From Strigamia acuminata (Eukaryota), in NCBI GenBank assembly GCA_949358305.1, contig OX442314.1, positions 14,756,001 through 14,820,000 on the forward strand: a stretch of 64,000 nucleotides of DNA, read 5' to 3'. The stretch's first letter is position 1; the number at the start of each line of letters is the position of its first letter. The notes under the pieces were generated by a model that saw nothing but the letters and a program-made list of their open reading frames with translations, was not told where the DNA came from and made no database searches. Positions 49,501-60,994 of this stretch are shown here, piece after piece. The position numbers and the translations under genes were made by a program.

Positions 49501-52500
49501 TTGGTTAGGCGGACCCGAGGGAAGCATGTTTTGGTTGCCTTTGCTCACGTTATTGTGCTATAACAATTCAACGAAGGTATATATATATATAGTAAAATGT
49601 CGTAAGAATAGTTGAATTTATCAATGAGTGTTCTGTTTAAATAGATAAGCAGCAAAGAGCAGTCATATTTAACTAGTGAAGTTCGTTCGTCGATTGAAAG
49701 CGCCATGCTTCGTCTGCTGAGTCGTTGTTGTTGGACGCATCGAACGAATCAGCACTTGCTGGCCGAAGTGCTTTGCGACGTTATTCGCCATCAAGGAAAT
49801 CAACAACGTGGTAAAATTGTGAATTATTTTTTTAAAAAAGGGTTTTTTAATTTTATTTAATTGTTTAAGATGGCATTGGATTTTTACAAGCTATTTCTGG
49901 TTTTACGCGACGTTTGATATTACAACTTCTTTTGGAGAACGAGAAAACACTAGTGCACGTGTCGTCGCAACAATCTCTGCCTAAATGCAATGTGGGAATT
50001 TTGAGCACTCTACCGCAACATCCTCGGTTCGGTTGTGGTCATCGATCACGACTGCTCTATGTGAGCACGCAGATGACTTGTTCCGATATTATCAAAAACG
50101 TGTCAGGTAGAATTTTCTTTCCACAATTGATTTTCAATTTCAATTCAGGTGGGATATATTTTTGTTATTGTAATAGATTTTCTGTTTATTCCACATATAA
50201 AAGATTCTTCGGGGTTAACTCGAATTCAGCCTAGTGTGGAAATTAAAGAAAATAAGGACCAATGTGTCAAAGACATCATCGAGATTGGTTTGGAATTAGT
50301 GGATTATTTGTCCGTGGCTGCAGGTAACGTTTTGAATAAATAATTTTGTTATTCTTAGACGATTCTGTTAATAATATTATTATTGTGCTTACAGGTGTGA
50401 CAGCTAAAGATAAACGACATCGAGACCCAAAAGCAAGTCACGCGGAGCACGCAGCAGCCTCAAAACCCAATGTTGATCTTTCTGCTGCCAACTCGTTATC
50501 TTTTCCGACGTTTGTTCTTACCCACGAATTACTTCCGGGCCAACCTTTACCTGGTGCATTGACATTGGCTCAGTTAATGACTATTTTAGAAGATAGGGGA
50601 CTGCCACTCAGCAATGCGAATATCACCCTTACATTAACTCAAACGAGAAAAACGCGTGACGATAACGGTTCGAATATAATTTTTTTTTTTTTGAATTTCT
50701 TTTTTTATTAATTGATTGTTGGAATTTCAGATCCGAGTGATAATTCTTCTGCAATGTCTACTGCCATGCTTTTAAGCGCAACACCTCTACCGACCACACT
50801 TTCTGTATTTGCTAGCATGGGTGGTTTGGCGTTATTAGCTCAACATTTGCCACTGTTGTACCCAGAAATTACTCGCCAATCTACACCCGTTTCTAGGCCA
50901 GTTCCCGCAGATAAGAATGGGACCGATTTAGGCACTTTCCTTGACTCTGATTGGGTTAAAGTGGAAGGAACTGACGAAATAAACGATGTAATTGTTTGAA
51001 TTATTTTTTCAAGCACGATTTGTTCATTTTAAAAAATTCTGTTTTTAGGATTTTCTGGAATTTATCCCACCAGGAGCATCGTCACCAAAATCGGCAAGAT
51101 CCAGTCAATTGCCGACACCATCCATTCCTCCTCATTCGTTGGCTGCGTTTGGTTTATTCTTAAGACTTCCTGGTTATGCCGAGATGCTATTAAAGAAAAG
51201 AAGGCAAGCTCAGTGTTTATTGAGGCTTGCATTGGGTATTACTGATGACGGCGAAGGAAGTACGTGATCCCTTAAGTTAACTGGATGACTAAATTGAAAA
51301 TTGATTTTTGATAAATTTTTCAGATGATATCTTTCAGTTGTCTTTTTCATCTTCGCTCCCCACGTTACCATTTCAAGTTCTACAACAGTTATTCGATAGC
51401 ACCCCGCTTACTACCGATGACGGAATGCTCTTACGGCGTATGACGCTTGACATCGGAGCTATTCATTTACTGCTCGCATGTTTAGCCGTGTTAAGTCACC
51501 AAAGTGGTGACATTAATTTACCCGGATTTCAGGAAGAGGTATTTTTGATTGATTATGAAGTTGGATGTTAATAATTAAATATTTTAATGATTGTTAGCTA
51601 CTTATTGCTGCTGCCAGAGCTGCAAAGACGCCACCTCAAGAAACCATAAACAAAAGTGATGACAAGAGTCATCTTTATTGGGCTAAGGGCACTGGATTTG
51701 GCACTGGATCAACTAACCAGAGCTGGGATGTGGAACAAGCCATTTTACGACAAAGAAGTGAAGAAGAACATGTTACCTGCCTTGTTCAAGTAAAAATTAG
51801 CGTTAACATTAGAAAAGTAATCCGGGCACGCATTAAAATTGGTATTATACTTAAAGGTTTTAGCCAGTTATATTAATCCTGGCGGTCAAGTGCCAAGCAA
51901 TTTCACGGATAGAGCGGATGAAACTTTGTGCAATGAAGAATCTGGTCAAGAGGCATTGTTGCCACCATTGTTTCCGGAATTGATCAGTCAATCGTGTCTC
52001 CTTCCTGCTATTGCATCTTACTTGAGAAATGATTCTGGTGAGAAAATTGAACGTTTGAACTGCACCGATTTTGTGCAATTGTTGGTAAAATATTTTATTC
52101 TTACAGTTTTGGATATGGCTCGGCATATTCCTCTTTATCGAGCTTTGTTGCAGTTGTTAAGAGCTATGGCCATATCACCACAACTTGTTGGCTTGCTGTT
52201 GCCTAGTGTGGATTCAAACGCTTCCATGTCTGTCTGCTGCCTTCTGACCAAAATGAAATCTTGCGTTGATATTTATGTGGGAAGGCTAAAGTAAGATGAA
52301 AACGTAAAACATTTAAAGAGAAGAAAAATTGATTAATCGCATTTAATAGATCAAATAAGGGCAAAGGCAATGGCAAAACGTCAGGAAAATCATCGACGAA
52401 AAACAAGGAGGAAGAGGAAGAACATGAGGGCTTAACTCATTTAATTCCTGATATTCAGGAGACGGCACGAATTGTGCAGCTAGCTACTGAGTCGCTGATA

Positions 52501-54144
52501 CTAACCGAAGATAAAGGTCGTGGATAGACGTTAGGTAAAATTCTACTACAATGGTTAATGGTTTAATGATTTAATTGCAGATGTTTCTGTTAATGGTGAT
52601 ACGTGTGACAAGAGTAGTAATCACAGTGCGGCTATAATAAGAGCCCCTACGCGAACATTGGAAGAGTTCTATTTAGACATAATGAAGAGATTGCAGTTTG
52701 GTAAATTGGAGAATTTGTTAGGTTTTTAAATTGAGATTTTTATTCAGTCGTTGAATATTACAGACACGTTTGAAATGATTGTGGAAGACGAAGACACGAC
52801 ACGGTTCACTGTGCCATATCATTTCGAGTCCAACATGAGGGCAGCAGGAGATCACAGCCATCCGGCAAGGGCACGGCGCCTCGCACAAGAAGCTGTCACG
52901 TTGTCTACCTCGTTGCCACTTTCGTTTAGCAGCAGCGTGTTTGTTCGTTGTGATCAGGATCGTCTGGACGTCATGAAAGTAATAGAAATGTTGAAAGTTG
53001 ATAGATTTGCATGGATTAAATTTTTATTTTTATTTAGGTTCTTATAACGGGACCAGCTGAAACGCCTTACGCAAACGGTTGCTTTGAATTTGATGTATAC
53101 TTTCCTCCTGATTATCCAAACTCGCCTATGCTAATTAATCTCGAGACGACAGGACACCATACAGTGCGCTTCAATCCTAATCTTTACAACGATGGAAAAG
53201 TACGAAATCATATTGGATTACAATCGGGTGGCGGGATGTGCGCTTAGATGGGAGTGCAAAGTGTTAAAAAAATATAGTTTTATGTTCAAAGGAACGTTTT
53301 TGTTTGTAAACAATTTTATTTTGCACAGAAAAAGCGTGTCCCGCCTCTTGATTCGAGTTTACAATTTACATTAATTTTGTTTTGTTAGGTGTGTTTGAGT
53401 GTTTTGAACACTTGGCACGGGCGCCCAGAAGAAAAATGGAATCCTCAGACATCGAGTTTCTTACAAGTTTTAGTATCGATTCAGTCTTTGATACTTGTCC
53501 AAGAACCTTATTTTAACGAACCGGGTTATGAACGCTCTCGTGGAACTCCATCTGGTATGCAAAGTTCAAGAGAATACGATTCGAATATTCGACTGGCAGC
53601 CGTGAAGTGGGGCATGCTGGAACCAATCAAAAATCCCTGCATTTGTTTCAAAGAAGTCGGTGAACTGGTTCGTTGATCTGGTTATTTATTAAGTAATTTT
53701 TTTTTTTTTTTGATTTGGAAACAGATTATTCATAAACACTTTTGGTTGAAACGCGTGGAGATTTTGAAGCAAGTTGAAGGTTGGATCGCGGAAATGGATT
53801 CTCAGGGAAATGACAGGCGAACGGGAAGAACAATTGCTTTGAATTGTGTGGCACTCAAGGTAAAAGTTGGAATTAATTTATTAGATTGAAAAAATTGTGA
53901 TGTGTTGTTTTTGTTTTTTTTTTTTTGTATTTTAAAGCATCATTTAGCTCAATTGAAAGAAGAGTTTACCAAAATGAAGCTCCCAGACGGCTTGGAAGAC
54001 GTTTCAGATGTGATTGATTTCAGTCCGAATTTAGTAAGCGAACACGCTGGAACCAGCAGCAGTTCGGAACCCCATAGCAGTTCAGTCGATAGCAGTTTTC
54101 AAAATAGTCCTGACTCGAATGAAGCAAGTGTTGGTCCTGTTTGA
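34592..54144 (+). CDS. BIRC6: BIRC6 / Bruce / Apollon, giant IAP with BIR and UBC domains; dozens of short introns
   Basis: BIR at ~35895-36240 ([11 protein letters not shown]...MAQAGFY...[28 protein letters not shown]); [14 protein letters not shown] at ~52860-53650 ([35 protein letters not shown]). Confidence 0.97.
43497..43638. mobile_element. Small TA-flanked MITE (Tc1/mariner/pogo-like) in a BIRC6 intron
   Basis: TACTGTATTTTATCGATTAAGAG vs reverse-complemented right end TACCGTATTTTACCGATTAAGAG, flanked by TA. Confidence 0.7.
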
Positions 54145-54841
54145 GAGTTAATTTCAGGGTTTATCTTGGGATACTCAATTGATTGTGTGATTAAATTCTA
54201 ATGAAGATTGTTAGCCGAAGTTAAGCCCAAATGCGACTACAAACACGAGTTGAAGATAGATCATAAGACAGGTGTAATTTTTGTCCCAAGTTTTTTCTTT
54301 TCTTTTTCTTTATTTTGGGCGTAATGTAAATCTGTGACATGATATGTTTGCCAATGTTTCATTTCTTAAATTTGGATTCTTAAAAGTGTTGAATGCGTGA
54401 TAGGATGTCGCTTTGCGCGGTTTATTTAATTATTTTTTTTTTTAAATGTTGTCTTCAACAATCGGAGAAATGTGTGGCTGCTCTTTAAGCATGTAAATTG
54501 ACCAACTATGATCTTTTCTATTTATAAGAGTAAAAGTATATATAATTAGTAGCTCCAAGACCCAATATTAACAAATGGTGAATTGGACTTTTGCTGATGT
54601 TCAAGAGTTTAAATGGAGACAATTAAAAGGGTATCGTTTTCAAATGCATTGTGTGTTGGTCCCTTTGTGTTTACCAATTTTCTCCCACAAGAATTAACGG
54701 AAAAGAAATATACTCGACATAATCAGTTGCTGGTTTACTGAAAATTAAATAATCTCTCGGTTTATTTATGCAATTTTATAGTTGAATAAATAAAAAGTGA
54801 AATTCAATTCGAAGCAATTCATTCCGATAAGCCAAATTAAT

Positions 54842-56256
54842 TTACATGGTTAAATATCCGTTCTGTTTACAATATCTTATACATTTATGACAACACACGG
54901 CAAATTCCATTGGAACTGTGGTGCCACCCACAACTACTTCTACGAAACTGTTCAAGTTAACGCCGAATTTGAACACGACGTAATTCTCAAAGCACGGTTT
55001 TCGACACACGGACCAGATGCACGTTTTCAAGTAATTTCGAAGGATTTTAGGTACTTCGTCGTCTGAATATTTCACACTGAAAAATAAAAAAAAAATTAAT
55101 TTTAATTTTTTTTCACTTTAAGTAACAATTACTTGTTTTTTAGTATGGACTGAGCTGAGCATTCTCTTAAACTTGACGTCGATAAACATGATAAGGTCCG
55201 AGTACTTTCAATTTCCGGTACACCTATTATTTCGGCGAAGTTGTTTGTGGAAAAATCAACGAAATGTAAAGCTAAATTTTTCAAACTTCCCGGTACGAAA
55301 GTTAAGTTGTTATTGGAAGCCTTCAATTCCGTTAAGGTCTTTAGCAGCCCGATATTTCTTGGAAGCACGTTAAGTTTGTTATAACTGCAGTTGAGAATTC
55401 TTAATTGGTGCATCTCACAAATGGTTTCTGGCAACGTAGTAATTTCATTATGGCTTAGGTCAAGACACACCAGAGAATTTTGCAAATTCAAAAGTAAGAT
55501 AGGTGGAATTTCGTCCAATCTGTTGTGCATTAAATGCAATTCCATCAAACTTGTAAAGCATTTTGGGTTCAGTTTCTGTGGTAAGACACTGATTTTGTTG
55601 TGACCGAGATTCAACGATTTTAAGCTATATAAATTAAAGATTCGACTGTCTATTCGCTTCAAGTCACAGTTCTTAATTGTGAGTCGTTCAAGTGACGATG
55701 GGAATTGTTTTCCGACTGCAGGATACTGCGTTCTGGACTGGATGGTCATTTGGCGGCAGAGTGACAGTTGTTGTGATGTAACCGCATTAATTAAAGGCAC
55801 ACTGCGACCACCGAAATCCTCATTGGCATGACAATGCTTTAATAAGTTCAGGAATATCTTCAGTTGAAGTGGATCAGCCTAATTTTTAAATAAATTGATT
55901 TGATTAATAAATAATACAATAAAATTTTTAAAAAGAAAATACTTTTTTGATCGATACGTCCAGTGGTGGGTCCTTAAATCGAACTGTGCACTTGCCTTCC
56001 ACTATGAACTTGGAAAAAACTTTATCCACATTGTTTTTAATCTAGACGAAATGAATTAAGCATGAGAAAAGTTTTGTAATAACTCAATGCAATTTACCTT
56101 GTAGGAGTCGCCATTTTTGTTACGAGCAGTGTTGATTGACAAGTAAATTACATCACTCGTCCTACACTTTTTCCCAAGCGCTATAGAAGCTCGAGACGGT
56201 TTAGAAGGGCACGCGGAATTTAAATTTGAAATCTCAACATCGCACCTTAGCCGCAT
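54842..56256 (-). CDS. LRR1: Leucine-rich repeat protein 1 (CRL2 substrate receptor), multi-exon
   Basis: N terminus MRLRCDVEI, KFIVEGKCTVRFKDP, YPAVGKQFPSSLERL followed by LRRs, BC-box-like SLRECSAQSI and a Cys-rich C terminus. Confidence 0.88.
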
Positions 56257-56557
56257 CGTTGCTTTTTTATGCCCAATCGAACCGACTTGACGAAATCTAA
56301 TTTCCCGCTATTTTGCCTCTTAAAGCATAGTATCCATAGTATCCTCCTTTGACGCCAGATGGCGATAAATAAAACCAAGCACCACGTGATGCGTTAGAGC
56401 CAATCAGAACACAGGGACGTTTGTTTTACGTTTTTGTTCTCCGTGTTGTTAGAGACTTTCAAGTTCTTTGTCGCTTTGTTAATTTCAATTTGTAATATCT
56501 GAAATTTCAAAGGTATTAGTAGGTAATACTCGAAAGAGTATCAACAAAGCGGGAGTA
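56257..56557. promoter_or_regulatory. Probable bidirectional promoter LRR1 / CREBZF
   Basis: Divergent ATGs ~300 bp apart; TTTCCCGC (E2F-like, ~56301), CACGTG (~56383), CCAAT (~56400). Confidence 0.55.
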
Positions 56558-57448
56558 ATGGATTCTATCAACCAATTTTCTTTGTTTAGCGACAATTTTG
56601 AAGACAACGCAATGGATACTCTGGATTTAGGCTTATTTCCAGAGTTGGAGCCATTGAACAACGACTTGTCGGACGAGGAGCCTTTTACCGGAGCAACGAA
56701 GGTAGGCTTGCGCTATGACAAATTTATGCGAGATCCCTGTCTAACTGGATCGCCGTTACCAATTAACAATATTAAACTGTTTGAATCGCACGTTCAGGCT
56801 CCGTCAACGACTACAAACGGAAAACCGCGAATCGTGAAAATCTTAATTGCCAAGGAAATGAAAAATGTCGATCTTTCCCCGCCGTCGAATGATTCGAAAC
56901 TCGCGTCAGGAAATCGCTGCTCGACATCATCAGCCGAAGATAAAAGTGGTTTGTCGAAAAACGCGATCGCAGCACGCGAAAATCGCATAAAAAAGAAAAA
57001 ATATGTTGAGGAAATCGAGAAATCTGCTTCGCTCATGTCATCGGAAATCCAGGCGCTGAAAAAACGTACGAAAGAGTACATCGAGGTGATCAAGACTTTA
57101 AAAACTGAAAACCGTTACCTTCGAAACGTGTTGGCAAACGACAAGGAGATTTCAGCATTGCTAAAAACAATCAAAAAGACACCCGGTATAATTTTCTCGG
57201 GCTCCTCGATTACCAAACGTCATCGAAACAGCACGGGAGACGATAGCTCTAACGAGGCGCCCGTTTCGATACCGAGAAAAAAGAGACGTCAAGACGACAG
57301 TTTGAGCTCCGTAATTTCCAGTGAGGACGACGGCTTCGCTAGTGATGAACCGGTTGGGGTCTGTTTACATGTGTCCAGTGGCACACTGTCTATAGAATTC
57401 TGTTCAACTTGTAGTTCGAGAGCATCGTTGGAAAGTTTGGAGCCTTAA
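56558..57448 (+). CDS. CREBZF: CREB/ATF bZIP factor, Zhangfei-like, single coding exon, 296 aa
   Basis: bZIP SKNAIAARENRIKKKKYVEEIE...ENRYLRNVLAN plus the family C-terminal motif GVCLHVSSGTLSIEFCSTC. Confidence 0.85.
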   Translation: MDSINQFSLFSDNFEDNAMDTLDLGLFPELEPLNNDLSDEEPFTGATKVGLRYDKFMRDPCLTGSPLPINNIKLFESHVQAPSTTTNGKPRIVKILIAKEMKNVDLSPPSNDSKLASGNRCSTSSAEDKSGLSKNAIAARENRIKKKKYVEEIEKSASLMSSEIQALKKRTKEYIEVIKTLKTENRYLRNVLANDKEISALLKTIKKTPGIIFSGSSITKRHRNSTGDDSSNEAPVSIPRKKRRQDDSLSSVISSEDDGFASDEPVGVCLHVSSGTLSIEFCSTCSSRASLESLEP

Positions 57449-58843
57449 TGAAAACAAGGTCGTGGACGTAAAATGTCCCCATGTGACAAATACAACTTTT
57501 TAAGTGTAAATATTCATTGATTCACCACACAAAATGGTCGGTATCATTTCCCACATTTCAGTGTCCATTTAAAGTTACGGGGAGAGAAAAAACTAAACTA
57601 AACTAAATTTAAATGATAAGTGGGGGATTAAAGAAGCAATGTGAGGCAGTAGCTATGCTGAACAAGTTTTGCTTCTACATTTCTTAGGTGTGCGATTAGA
57701 CGGTGGACATATTGACCAAAGACAAGGAGAGAAAAACCTGACGGCTACTGCTTTAAGTGTTAAGAAATGGTCGGTTTTGTGTTTATTTTCTTTTAATTTG
57801 AGTTCATTTACTTTATATTTGAAATTTGTAACCTTTTGAAGACAAAACTTCACACGAATATAATTTCTAATGCATTAATTATTAAGTTAAAGAAGGATTT
57901 AGTTAATTTAGTCCTGTGTGTCGTTTTATAGTGGTTATAAATTCTCATATAATTAATTTAGTAGAAAAATTTATGTATGTTTTTTTTTTTTTATAAAAAA
58001 AAATTGTATAATGTTTAGAGTAAGGTAAATAGTGTTGATTGAGTAATAAAATATATGAAAATTGTACTTGACAGATCGTTAGCTTCTCAAGATTTTTTTC
58101 TTTTGCAGGTGTGAAGACGGGATACAGTGAGGGCGAATGAAAATTGAAATTGGTCGGCTAGATAATGCATTGTTATTGAATTGAGGGGTAAGAATTAGGA
58201 GGAATGAAGCATAAGAAATTGTTAATTTGAGTTGAAGGTGCATTTTTGTTTGTTAATTATATAAATACTACTGCACTGAGGTCGAGTTTGATTCGGGTGG
58301 ATTTATTTCTTCTTATTTTACAATGTAAGCTCTTAACATTGGGAAAATAAAATGGATGCTTCTCCTAGTTGTGTCTCGGTTGTGTTGGATAGGAAAAATT
58401 AAAAAACGGTGAGTTTATTTGGTGTCTGCTTCGCATTTTGTGATATTAATTTGATTGTTTGCGTTTTACAGTAAAAGTTGGGTTAGCTGATGACGAGAAA
58501 AGAAAACTAGTGGAGAATTTACGTCTAGTGAGTACTGACCATTAAAAAGAGCCGACGGATCTGATGACAAGTTTAGGGTTTTTGTTATGAATTTCTATTC
58601 CCAGATATTTTAATAAAAATATCGATTTAAAGCACTTGTTTTCATGATTTTTTTACATTCCTCTTCCGCTCCTTCTCTTCGCTTCCATGTTGTTTTCTTG
58701 TGAATTTTTCTTTTCTATTAAACACAAAAATTATATATGAACAGTTTCTTCTGTAAGTGATGAGTAGGAAGACAAAATGACGTATACTCTTTTTTTTTAT
58801 TATTATTCTATGTATAGTATATCAATACATAATTTTTACGATT

Positions 58844-59189
58844 TTAGTGCATGAAAAGAAGGATAAAGAGAAAAAATCCCAAATTTATTACAGTGTGTGT
58901 GGTAACCTCGGGCATAACGTTAACTTGCAAAGAAATTGAATAAGTTAAGCGATATTTTAGCTAGTAATCTTATATGTATATTATATGACTTACACAGCAT
59001 TTTATACACGAAAAGATACACAACAAGATGGATTAAATATCCACAGGCGATGCAAGTAAAACTTGTGCGTCGTAACATCGGTAGCATGGGGTTTTCAGGT
59101 TTTAAATCTGAAATAAACGTTAACAAGATTTGAGTGGGGAAGATTGAGAATTTATGAAAAATGGCAGTACCAGTCTTTAACGCTGCCAT
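58844..59189 (-). CDS. Candidate 70-aa protein with two hydrophobic segments; exons 59189-59171, 59107-58994, 58923-58844
   Basis: Two GT-AG introns of 63 and 70 nt with matching phase 1 give an uninterrupted frame; no family recognised. Confidence 0.4.
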
Positions 59190-60504
59190 TTTTTTTTCCA
59201 GGAAATTAAACATATACAAAAAGCGTTACACTTTCATTTTGACAAAGAATAATACAACTTCCAGAAAATTTTGTTGGTATTGCTCATTTTATCAACGGTT
59301 ATATTTCCATTTTAATCCGTCGGTCCAAATGCATATCGAAAAGTGAGAGACAGACATTTTGGTTTAAGTGATCACTATGGAAATATGGAATCAATGGAAA
59401 TTGTTGTTTCCCAATAATGACAATAATGAACTTCGTCGTGGAGTATGAAATATAAATATAAACCAGAAGTCGTTTCTTGTTAATACAGATTTTTACGTTT
59501 TATTTTATGATTTTCAATAATAAATTAATATAGTAAACATTTTTATTCGTATTGAACTCGATTCACATTTAAGCAAAAAATATTTGGTAATGTAGAAACT
59601 ATGGTATATCCTTTTGTTCTCCAATATCCTCTAAATGAAGAGAGAAAAATGATGATTTAAAAATGTACACATTTCTTATAACGTTATAACACTTAAAATT
59701 ACTTTGTGTACAAACAAAAGAAAAAGACTTTTACTGTATATCGAGCGCTGCTATATACAGTTTACATCGATACTTTTTGAACATACTCGTTTTTAAACAT
59801 AAAATAACAGAATATAAAGTAGTGCTAAAGAATAAAAAGCTTGTGATACATCCGGTACAATCTTATCTTTGTTTTTTTCAATAAAATAAAAAAAAAATTT
59901 ATAAAATAATTACTGTAGAATTAATGAATCAATATATTCTCACTTATTAATTCAAACATAATTATGTACAGCATGAAATAAATGAAATATCCCCAAATTA
60001 AACAGTAAATGCAAGGGCGTCGTTCTGAAGAAGGATTATGGCCTATTAACATAATATATAAATAAAATAGAAAAATTTGTTAAGAATTTTAATTTTTAAG
60101 ATAACTTACTTTCAATATTATTCATAATTAATTCATATCTATTCAGATGTAGATTTTCGGAACATCATTATTACTAATACGGTATTCATTTTTGGTTTGG
60201 AATCGGTTCTTTAATGACTCTAAAAAATTTAGATTTTCCATCTTTTTTTATTTTAACTTTTTAGGATAAAAATTGTAAATAAGACGCCATTTTTATTGGA
60301 TTGTTGTTGCCATGGAAACTGATGTCAGCGCGACTGAAAATAATTAAGTTTTTCCAAATAAAACGTGCCGATTTTTAAATTTCAATATATGATAAAGATA
60401 TTTATTAATTGAAAAACAGGAGAAAATATGGCGTTTCAATAATTTGCTATTTTTATTTGCATTTCGCTTTTAATACAAAATGAGGAAATTAAATTTCAAA
60501 AGCT

Positions 60505-60994
60505 TTACAACATGTTGCACTTCCTGTCTTTGCGTTTGGCGATCCGGTACAAAGTTTTGGCCGTTTTAAAAATCGACACGTTCTCCCCAGTCAGTTCCCC
60601 TGCAATAATAAATTGATAGAAACAAATTAAGTGCTACAATTAAACGCAAAAAAATTTATCAGCAATTTTCTTACTCTTCAGTGCGTACATCATGAAGTAG
60701 AAAACAATAATCCGCACGTAATTCCAAAAGAAACAAGTAACGCATTCATTGTTTGTCGGTGGGAAATTAGGTTTAGGAACAATTACTTCCGCTATTTGTA
60801 TAAAATATTATAGAAATCAATTATCAGCACCTTGTAAATCTATTAAGTACTGAAGTAGATTTAAGTGGGTTACATTTGGGGGAATTCACAAACGATGAGG
60901 AAGAAGAATTGCCGTGGTCGGTGCTCGCGTTTTCAGTTACTTCCAACTCTTCTATGATCAATCTCGAATTTGGATAAGTTGTCGTCGACTTCAT
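60505..60994 (-). CDS. Candidate 110-aa protein ending in polybasic + CaaX (KRKDRK-CNML); exons 60994-60874, 60791-60675, 60599-60505
   Basis: GT-AG introns of 82 and 75 nt, both phase 1; second donor GTAAGA and acceptor TTGCAG are strong, first donor GTAACC weaker; no family recognised. Confidence 0.5.

Noticed and set aside
58488..58564. C/D snoRNA-like TGATGA...CTGA with AAGAGCCGAC complementary to LSU rRNA
   Set aside because: The 10-nt match stops 4 nt short of the D box, there is no terminal stem, and it appears exonic; a snoscan or Rfam run would settle it.
59085..59110. DLKPEN as a protein-kinase catalytic loop
   Set aside because: No HRD, DFG or other subdomains; followed by a hydrophobic segment.
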